A stretch of 16,052 nucleotides of DNA. Source: Conexivisphaerales archaeon. GTDB lineage: Archaea; Thermoproteota; Nitrososphaeria; Conexivisphaerales; DTJL01. Position 1 is the first letter of the stretch. Every line of letters starts with the position of its first letter. The notes below the pieces were generated by a model. It made no database searches. It worked only from the letters and a program-made list of their open reading frames with translations, and had not been told where the DNA came from. Made by a program: the position numbers and the translations under genes. Below, one piece after another: positions 1 to 6,733 of this stretch. Where the stretch lies: assembly GCA_049509455.1 (NCBI GenBank), contig JBEKZX010000052.1, positions 1 through 16,052 of the forward strand. Direction: 5' to 3'.

Positions 1-786
1 AAGTCGTACGTCACTGGTTTGGCGAGCGCCTTGCGGCTGAACGTCGGCTACGCCCCAGCCTTGTCATTGGCCCTCGTGATGGCTTTCACTTTCCTCCCGG
101 CCGCCATCGTGGCGGTGAAGGCCGGCGCCGAACAATCTCAGGTGAGCTCTCAGCTGGTCAGTTTTCTTAGAGACCTGGTGGAGATCAGGAAGACTGGCAT
201 GGCCCCCGAAAGGTGCATCCAGATGTTGAGCAAGAGGGACTATGGCAAGTTCTCAAATAGAGTGCAACGGATTTCGAACAAGCTGGGATGGGGGATTTCC
301 TTCAACGAGATTCTCGACCAGGAGCTGGGAGGGATAAAGAACTGGTTCGTGGCCATCAACATATTCCTCCTTATCGACAGCATTGACGTCGGAGGGGGGA
401 CACCTGAGACCCTGGAGGCTTTGGCGTCCTTTGGCGAGCAGATCCAGTTGCTCGAAAAGGAGAAGGCCTCCACGTTGAAGCCCCTCCTTCTCATCCCCTA
501 CATCGGCGGCCTGACGACCCTGCTTACAGCTACGGTCATGATGGCCTATATGCAGAATCTTTCCAACATGGCTCACTTCGCCTTCTCCTTCACCGACTTC
601 GCTCTGCTATTCCTGCCGCCGGTCGTAATGAACACGGTGCTCGCGGGGCTTGTAGCTGGAAAGGCCAGCGGGGAGAAGATCTCCGCGGGGTTCATACATG
701 CCTTTATACTAGGGATTGCGGTTGTCGTCTGTCTTGCGTTGATGCCGTATTTAACGGGGTCTCTCGCCTTGCAGAGTGGTACCTGA
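1..786 (+). CDS. Type II secretion system F family / TadC-like archaeal pilus membrane platform protein, 5'-truncated
   Basis: The frame is open from base 1 (KSYVTGLASAL...). It has a TM segment, a T2SSF-like cytoplasmic domain (FLRDLVEIRKTGMAPE...ISFNEIL...LLIDSIDVGGGTPETLEALA...EKEKASTLKP) and three C-terminal TM helices ending AGLVAGKASGEKISAGFIHA. It is directly followed by pilin-like genes. Confidence 0.88.
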   Translation, partial: KSYVTGLASALRLNVGYAPALSLALVMAFTFLPAAIVAVKAGAEQSQVSSQLVSFLRDLVEIRKTGMAPERCIQMLSKRDYGKFSNRVQRISNKLGWGISFNEILDQELGGIKNWFVAINIFLLIDSIDVGGGTPETLEALASFGEQIQLLEKEKASTLKPLLLIPYIGGLTTLLTATVMMAYMQNLSNMAHFAFSFTDFALLFLPPVVMNTVLAGLVAGKASGEKISAGFIHAFILGIAVVVCLALMPYLTGSLALQSGT

Positions 787-787
787 C

Positions 788-1705
788 ATGACACCCCGCA
801 GAAGGGCGATATCACCGGTCATATCGACTATGATTATTACGGCCGCTACTCTGATCCTTGTCATAGGCATACTCGGCTACAGCAACAGCCTGTTCAACAA
901 TGAAACCCAAAACGCCGAGTTTTCCCAGGCTCAGACCACATTTCTCAGCCTAGCCGATGACATCGACAGCGTAGCAACGAGGCAGGGCGCATCTGCATAT
1001 GTGCTGCTCAATTCAAGGTCTGGAGGGCCGTCTTGGAGCCCTTCGATAGACAATCTCGTCGTCACCGTCAACATCAACGGCACTTCGGGTCAGCCGAACT
1101 GGGTTTACACGGTGATTTCAGGCAACGTCAATTCCCTGTTGTATAGAGCTGGCTCAGGCGTGGGGACTGTCAACTCCACACTCAGAGGGAACAACACGTA
1201 CTCGATCCTCAACAACGTCTACCCAATGGGATTGGTGAACGTGACTCAGCATAATGGTGCGTACGTTAGTCTGGACTACGATCGAATAGGCATAGTGGAC
1301 CTGGGCTACTTGAACGTCAGCACTGGGGTCGACCCCAGCCTGCCACACACCAACCACACGGCCTGGGACTACATTCACCTTATCCAGATATCGTTCGTCA
1401 ACCTGACTTTCGGCGGTGTCCAGGGAGGTGGGAAATACATTTCTGCCACCAACACCTTTCTTAACGTCACGTACTACAGGCTCAATTTCACGGGATCGAT
1501 ATCCGGTATTTCGTACGGCCTTCAGGTGAATATAACTCATTCATCTAGTGCCTTGCTGAGCGGGAACTATACCTACATCCAGATATGCCCTCCCTATGCG
1601 CTAGACGCCGACACATATCCGCCTGGCGGCGCCGCCGTTAATATGTCAGTGGCTACAGTAGTTGAAGTAATCCAACCCGTAATCAACGTGACCTTCCTGG
1701 GGTGA
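788..1705 (+). CDS. Archaeal type IV pilin-like protein with class III signal peptide (305 aa)
   Basis: ATG at 788 lies 1 nt after the upstream TGA. The N-terminus MTPRRRA|ISPVISTMIITAATLILVIG has a basic leader, a [KR]-[GA] cleavage site and a hydrophobic helix. The rest is beta-rich and N/T/S-rich with 14 N-x-S/T sequons (hand count). Confidence 0.85.
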   Translation: MTPRRRAISPVISTMIITAATLILVIGILGYSNSLFNNETQNAEFSQAQTTFLSLADDIDSVATRQGASAYVLLNSRSGGPSWSPSIDNLVVTVNINGTSGQPNWVYTVISGNVNSLLYRAGSGVGTVNSTLRGNNTYSILNNVYPMGLVNVTQHNGAYVSLDYDRIGIVDLGYLNVSTGVDPSLPHTNHTAWDYIHLIQISFVNLTFGGVQGGGKYISATNTFLNVTYYRLNFTGSISGISYGLQVNITHSSSALLSGNYTYIQICPPYALDADTYPPGGAAVNMSVATVVEVIQPVINVTFLG

Positions 1706-1709
1706 TTGG

Positions 1710-2258
1710 GTGCCGCACGTAGTTATCTCGAACGTGATTGGGACGATGATGCTTCTGATGGTGCTAGGCATCGTTACGGTGATAGGCTCCGCTTTGACCC
1801 TACAGTATTCGACGCAGACTGCGCAGGTGGGTCTTCAGGAGGTTGCGAGCTATGTCTCAGGTCAGATGGTGTCGATGGCTTCCCTGGTGGACTCCTCTCA
1901 GAAGGCAAATGTGGCCGCCTTCAAGTTTCTCAATCTGCCGGCCTCTCTCGGGTACTCGGGCTACTCCGTCAACGTGACAAATGCGCTCCTGAGCTCTCTG
2001 GATACGTCGGGTTGGAAGGTCGTAGCATACTTGGATTCGAACCATAATGTATGGGCGGAGGCGGCTCTCAATTTCCAGAGCGGGATAAATGTCACGTTGA
2101 CCGGTCCCTCGCCATATGCCTTCATAACGCTGACCCAGATGATTCACAGTGGTCAGGGTGGGGCTTTGGGTTCAACCGCCGCCGTGATCGTATTGCAGAT
2201 CGTTAACGGCACCGCGTGCATCTCTTTGGGGGTGAGCTCTCTTGGACGTCACGTTTGA
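1710..2258 (+). CDS. Minor pilin-like membrane-anchored protein without a cleavable class III leader (182 aa)
   Basis: GTG start 4 nt after GGTGA (1701-1705). It has an N-terminal hydrophobic helix (VVISNVIGTMMLLMVLGIVTVIG), then an amphipathic helix and beta strands (LNLPASLGYSGYSVNV), and sits inside the pilin cluster. Confidence 0.72.
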   Translation: MPHVVISNVIGTMMLLMVLGIVTVIGSALTLQYSTQTAQVGLQEVASYVSGQMVSMASLVDSSQKANVAAFKFLNLPASLGYSGYSVNVTNALLSSLDTSGWKVVAYLDSNHNVWAEAALNFQSGINVTLTGPSPYAFITLTQMIHSGQGGALGSTAAVIVLQIVNGTACISLGVSSLGRHV

Positions 2259-3540
2259 GTATATCCTGGCTGTAGTAGTGATATTCCTGATGCTAGGCAC
2301 GACCATCTACACGACCACCTCTCTGAGTCTGAACCAGCTATCTCTGGTAAGCCAACAGCAGCTTACGCCTGTAGCCCAGCAGTTGATGGATAAGTTCTTA
2401 CTCACAGGCGGGTCCCCTTCCAATTGGGGATACAACGCGACGATAAATGGCACCAGCCTGCTGGACTTCGGCCTAGCTTCGTCCTTGCCGAATGCGATTA
2501 CGTATGACGTGGATCCAACTAAGTTAACTCGGTTGGTCAACGATTCCTCCACGATCATCAATCCCCTTTACATCGACCCAACGGTGACCGGCAACCTGTC
2601 CGGCCTTTATCAAAGTGGACGGTGGAACTATGGCTTCAAACTGTACGTGGTGCCATCTCTCAACATCACGGTCCCTCCTACATACAGCGTATGTACCCTG
2701 CCGAAGAATGGTAAAGGCGCCAGTTGTACGCCGAAGACCAACGGGAACGGGAAAGGTAACAGTGGGAACGGAGATCAGGAGTATTATGACAATTTCACGG
2801 TGGTCGTGCGAACCTCCGACGGCCTGCCAGCGGTCGGGGCGAGTGTCACCGGCCAGTTCTACGGCTTCCTCGTGGACAAGTCCGGAGGCAAGGGAGGTAC
2901 CTTCACCTGGGCTGTGGTAAATGCATCAGGAACCACGAACTGGAATGGCACCACAGTGATCAACTTCAATCAGCCACCAATCACTGTTGGAGGAAATGGC
3001 AATCTTCAAACCGTCTTCGTGCTGTTGGTTCAGGCTACCTACTACGGGCTGACATCTAACGCGGTATACCAGTTGCCCGCCGCTGACACTAGTTTCAACG
3101 CCCTTCTAGTCGGGCAGTACCTCATCTGCAACATGACCAAGTCGATAAACGGGGGAGCCAATGGCGCAACCCATGTGGATTATCAGGCAACCGTCGTTGA
3201 AGTAACGGACAACTTCAACGTCGTCCTGAATCCGGCCACCAATGCCACGAGTCAGAACCTGTTCAACACAGGCGGCAAGACCTATCAGGTCTATGCGCTT
3301 TCCAACCCCGTCAGTCAGAACGTTATCATCGCTGGCATAATAGTGACTTGGACCGGCAACACCTTCTTCATGATGACGGAGCAACCCCTCCTGCCTGTGT
3401 CAGTGAACTATTACTCCAATGCCTTCGCCCAGAACCTTCTCACCGCGAAACTCATCAACAGCGTTACGGTGGAAAGATACGTTCACGTCGGGAGGGAGAC
3501 GTACACGGCGTACCTTACCCTCTGGAAGATGAGCACTTGA
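2242..3540 (+). CDS. Large minor pilin-like protein (432 aa), leaderless N-terminal helix
   Basis: TTG start 6 nt after GGTGA (2231-2235), overlapping the upstream gene by 17 nt. N-terminus MDVTFEYILAVVVIFLMLG. It contains LLTGGSPSNWG and DFGLA motifs that I recall from archaeal pilus-locus proteins (unverified), and many N-x-S/T sequons. Confidence 0.75.
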   Translation: MDVTFEYILAVVVIFLMLGTTIYTTTSLSLNQLSLVSQQQLTPVAQQLMDKFLLTGGSPSNWGYNATINGTSLLDFGLASSLPNAITYDVDPTKLTRLVNDSSTIINPLYIDPTVTGNLSGLYQSGRWNYGFKLYVVPSLNITVPPTYSVCTLPKNGKGASCTPKTNGNGKGNSGNGDQEYYDNFTVVVRTSDGLPAVGASVTGQFYGFLVDKSGGKGGTFTWAVVNASGTTNWNGTTVINFNQPPITVGGNGNLQTVFVLLVQATYYGLTSNAVYQLPAADTSFNALLVGQYLICNMTKSINGGANGATHVDYQATVVEVTDNFNVVLNPATNATSQNLFNTGGKTYQVYALSNPVSQNVIIAGIIVTWTGNTFFMMTEQPLLPVSVNYYSNAFAQNLLTAKLINSVTVERYVHVGRETYTAYLTLWKMST

Positions 3541-4040
3541 TGAAGCAGAGGAGAGGCATCGCCAGGCTTATCGAAGTGATCCTCGCGAGCGTGCTTCTGA
3601 CGTCGTCTTTGAGCATAAGCTACTACTACCTCAGGCCTGCGAACCCGAACGTTCAAAGAGGAATAGACGACCTGGACAAGTACGGTTTCGACCTCCTCGG
3701 TTCATTGGCACAGAAGGGGGGATTCGACGACACGATTCTGAACCAAACCGGTGCGCCGCTGCCTGACTGGCAGCATCAGCTTCAAATCGCGCTCGGAAGC
3801 ATGATGCCAGTTGGGCTCATCTTCAATGTCACCGTCTACGAGGCAGTCTACTCTTCGGGCAGCATCTCCGGGTCAGACCTCGTCGTTCTGAATCTGCTTA
3901 ACACCCAGAACATAACGAACTCAGTGCCAGGTGCGTTTTCGTACGCCGCTCAGGTCTCGCAGGTCACGTTCGTCTACACTACCAGCAGCTTCTATACTCT
4001 GGTCTTCCTCCTTCAACTTGCCAGGACCTCGGCCAGGTAG
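3540..4040 (+). CDS. Minor pilin-like protein with class III signal peptide (166 aa)
   Basis: The ATG overlaps the upstream stop (TGATG, 3538-3542). MKQRRG|IARLIEVILASVLLTSSLSISYYYL gives an RG cleavage site, a Glu near the mature N-terminus and a hydrophobic helix. The ORF-track start at 3348 lies inside the previous gene and is unlikely. Confidence 0.8.
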   Translation: MKQRRGIARLIEVILASVLLTSSLSISYYYLRPANPNVQRGIDDLDKYGFDLLGSLAQKGGFDDTILNQTGAPLPDWQHQLQIALGSMMPVGLIFNVTVYEAVYSSGSISGSDLVVLNLLNTQNITNSVPGAFSYAAQVSQVTFVYTTSSFYTLVFLLQLARTSAR

Positions 4041-4048
4041 GCGATTGA

Positions 4049-4957
4049 ATGACAAGTTCGCTCAGAAGGAAACGGAGAGGGCAGGTGATAATAATGGCTG
4101 CCCTCGTCATGGTCCTCCTGATCTTCTCGGTCGCCATTTCAGTCTACAACGCCCAGACACAATACCAACAGCTGCTCTATGACCAGACCAGCCAAGTCAT
4201 CCAGAATCTGCGAGAAGACTTCGGGAGAGCGTTGGTGGATGTCCTCGCGAACTTCACTCAAAGCTACAGTCAGCTGGCCGAGATGGAGACTCCTAGGTTT
4301 CGCGCCTTCGACATGTATACGTTTTGGACTGCTGCGGCCGCCAGGAGCTTCGCCCCTGAGGGTATCCAGCTGACTTTTAACACTTCGGGGCAGGAGCTCG
4401 TCCAGCCCGCAGGGACCTTCTTCGGATATAGTACACCCAATGAATATGTGGGCAATCTCACCAAGCTGTATTGGTACGCCCCCCAAAGCTTCTCTGCCAT
4501 CTATTCGACCTTCGATGCGAACATAACTGCACTGGGTTTCTACGACTGGCATGAGGAGGGCCTCTATCTACTCAATGTGACGATGGATGCCGGTCCCGAC
4601 TTCCAGACCCAGTCCGGGACCTCCATCAACGGCGTCACGTATTATCAGCTAAATCTCACGATTAACAGGGAGAATGGCGTCATGGTCGATGATCTCGGGG
4701 CTTCGAATTTCCGAGTGGAGTACTATGACCAACCATCCAATTTGTGGATGAACGCAACACTCATCGTCGGGAACAACGGGGGAGGGAACTACACTCTCTA
4801 CGTGGCAAACGCCAACGGTCAGATGATACCCCAGACCTATTGGAAGTATCTGATGCTTTTCACCCAGGACAACAGGGGGATCATCGTCGAATCGTACACA
4901 TATACCTACATCGACTACACCATTCAGGAAAACGCCTTGACATCCGTCTACCCGTAA
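4049..4957 (+). CDS. Pilin-like protein with class III signal peptide, N-terminal part (302 aa) of a probably frameshift-split gene
   Basis: MTSSLRRKRRG|QVIIMAALVMVLLIFSVAISVY is a class III leader plus hydrophobic helix, followed by a long alpha helix and beta-rich domains. The frame ends abruptly at TAC CCG TAA while the -1 frame is open. Confidence 0.8.
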   Translation: MTSSLRRKRRGQVIIMAALVMVLLIFSVAISVYNAQTQYQQLLYDQTSQVIQNLREDFGRALVDVLANFTQSYSQLAEMETPRFRAFDMYTFWTAAAARSFAPEGIQLTFNTSGQELVQPAGTFFGYSTPNEYVGNLTKLYWYAPQSFSAIYSTFDANITALGFYDWHEEGLYLLNVTMDAGPDFQTQSGTSINGVTYYQLNLTINRENGVMVDDLGASNFRVEYYDQPSNLWMNATLIVGNNGGGNYTLYVANANGQMIPQTYWKYLMLFTQDNRGIIVESYTYTYIDYTIQENALTSVYP

Positions 4958-4980
4958 AACAGTTCAGGGTGAACTCCACG

Positions 4981-6138
4981 GTGAACGGGCCTAGCGATTT
5001 GACCAATCTCGCAAGCAATACGGTTCCAAGTCAGGTCGAGGTGTGGAACCCGGACTTGCTGACGCCCTCTCTGCAGTTCGCCAACTGGCAGCTCAGGTTC
5101 AATTCCAGCGAGAAACTGGTCTTTGAGATCAACTACGGAAATGCTGGTATCCACCAGCAGACAGCTAGGATATGCTGGCTGACGGATGGAGATGCTGCCA
5201 TCCCGGCGCCTCTCGTCAACATCACGATCAACGGCCAGTTCACGGATATCACCAACGGCCAATACACTCTGAGGTTGGTGGCCAACGGAGGATACAGCGT
5301 CGCCATCGACTGGTCCATGAGCATGAGCCCGGGGACATCCTACGGAAGCGAGCATATTGAGTACACTCTTACAGGCGTTGGCTGGAGCCCTTACCCGCCT
5401 CCGAACGGAGCCGGGTCCTGGTTTCCCGACATCCTCCCCTACGGCACTTGGACCATTATAGCAGGACCCATCAGAGCCGTTGCCTTCCGGGATACATCAG
5501 CCGTCTGGGGCTCTCTGAACAACACCGGGTCTGCCAATGGACCTTGGTCGCATAACGAAACGATACTGATCCCGTACAATACCAAGTACTGGCAGTTGTA
5601 TGAGAACCTTCATTGGACGACGACATACACCGACAATGTCTACTACGATTTCCTCACAATGATTTCTGGCGGCGCCCAGGGCGGTTACGTCGCTAACTGG
5701 GCATATCAGACGGCGACAGGAGGGGTCAGATGGAACTCCTTCGCGTCGACGAACGGAGGAAGTCCTGCCGCCTCAAATGGCTATACCGATTTCGGCTATT
5801 GGTATTCGCAATTCCAGAGTGACTTTGGAGAGGCCGTGATGCCCTCAACGGCCTTCGTCAACAGCCTTACCAACATGTTCGGGCACGGAAATGCTCACCT
5901 GACACCCTGGGTCTTCGGAGACTACAGCCGCCATGTGCTCGATGACGACGCCATGCCTTTCACCACTACTGGAACGATGACGCTCAAGGCCAACACGCCT
6001 GAGGTATGGACAGCGGGCATCTGGCTATTCAACGGTTATACCCCTGGCACCTTCTCCGATTCTGCCCCCCAGATCTACTACAAGATGTTCGTCGAGCAGT
6101 ATTATCCTACCATCATGAACATCACAGCCGGAATCTGA
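4981..6138 (+). CDS. Extracellular-type W/Y/N/T/G-rich domain; either the -1 frame continuation of 4049-4957 or a separate gene (GTG at 4969 or 4981)
   Basis: The frame is open 4744-6138 but looks protein-like only from about 4954 (VKQFRVNSTVNGPSDL...). It has multiple N-x-S/T sequons and no signal peptide or TM segment. A GGGTGA at 4967-4972 could serve a GTG at 4981. Confidence 0.7.
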   Translation: MNGPSDLTNLASNTVPSQVEVWNPDLLTPSLQFANWQLRFNSSEKLVFEINYGNAGIHQQTARICWLTDGDAAIPAPLVNITINGQFTDITNGQYTLRLVANGGYSVAIDWSMSMSPGTSYGSEHIEYTLTGVGWSPYPPPNGAGSWFPDILPYGTWTIIAGPIRAVAFRDTSAVWGSLNNTGSANGPWSHNETILIPYNTKYWQLYENLHWTTTYTDNVYYDFLTMISGGAQGGYVANWAYQTATGGVRWNSFASTNGGSPAASNGYTDFGYWYSQFQSDFGEAVMPSTAFVNSLTNMFGHGNAHLTPWVFGDYSRHVLDDDAMPFTTTGTMTLKANTPEVWTAGIWLFNGYTPGTFSDSAPQIYYKMFVEQYYPTIMNITAGI

Positions 6139-6322
6139 GCAGGGTTCACATTGCCTCCACGGCAAAGGTTCATGGTCTTTTCGCCCACAATTCGTTGCGT
6201 ATCGGCATGCAGTTACTGAAAGTAGAATCTGTCATCCTACCGATGTTGATTGTTCGCAGAGTCTGTCGGTCTGCTTCCCTCCTCCTGCGGCCAACGCTGA
6301 CCAAGGGGGCCTTCTTTCTTCG

Positions 6323-6589
6323 TTACAAGTCGTTCCTGAGGTCATCCCCTCGCATGGAGGGGCTTTCGGCCTCTGGATGCTCCTTATCGATTCGAACGAG
6401 CAATCGGCTGCCTCGCCATCCAACCTTACCGTCTTCCTGCTCTCTTCGGCAGGACTTGACGATCGGCGTGACTTCCTCCAACCCTAACGCGGCCTCGCTG
6501 ACCTTCAATGTCGTGATTCTGTCCTGGAGCACTTGCACCACTGCCTCATATGCCTCGACCAGCTTACCAGGGAGCTCCATCGTGGCCAT
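6323..6589 (-). CDS. Small hypothetical ORF (88 aa), possibly a ribbon-helix-helix-like N-terminus or a gene remnant
   Basis: It is the most protein-like reading of the 595 bp gap: MATMELPGKLVEAYEAVVQVLQDRITTLKVSEAALGLEEV. The TATA element at 6694-6703 could also read on the minus strand. No family recognised with certainty. Confidence 0.3.
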   Translation of the reverse strand: MATMELPGKLVEAYEAVVQVLQDRITTLKVSEAALGLEEVTPIVKSCRREQEDGKVGWRGSRLLVRIDKEHPEAESPSMRGDDLRNDL

Positions 6590-6686
6590 CCGCTGCCCGC
6601 GACGACATACCCGCTCTGTGCTACAGGATGTAGGCAGGGGCCCAGGACCCGTTCATTTCTGCGATTGGGCCCCAGTGCCACGTGTC

Positions 6687-6703
6687 AAGAAACATTTATA
6701 ATA
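6687..6703 (+). promoter_or_regulatory. Archaeal BRE/TATA promoter for the large surface protein
   Basis: AAGAAACA followed by TTTATAATA (6695-6703). The TATA box starts 39 nt before the ATG at 6734. Confidence 0.65.
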
Positions 6704-6733
6704 GGATTGCAGCTAGATTTGTAAAGTATCGTT

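Noticed and set aside
4951-4959. Homopolymer phase variation as the cause of the frameshift
   Set aside because: The runs are only C3 and A4, too short for typical slipped-strand phase variation.
1-6138. Archaellum (arl/fla) operon
   Set aside because: No ArlH, ArlF/G-like or typical archaellin core motifs were recognised, and the pilin-like proteins are heterogeneous in size and N-terminus.
6006-6701. 231 aa plus-strand ORF across the gap
   Set aside because: It overlaps the preceding CDS, has S/R/L/C-rich non-globular composition, lacks an SD or promoter, and runs into the adhesin TATA box.
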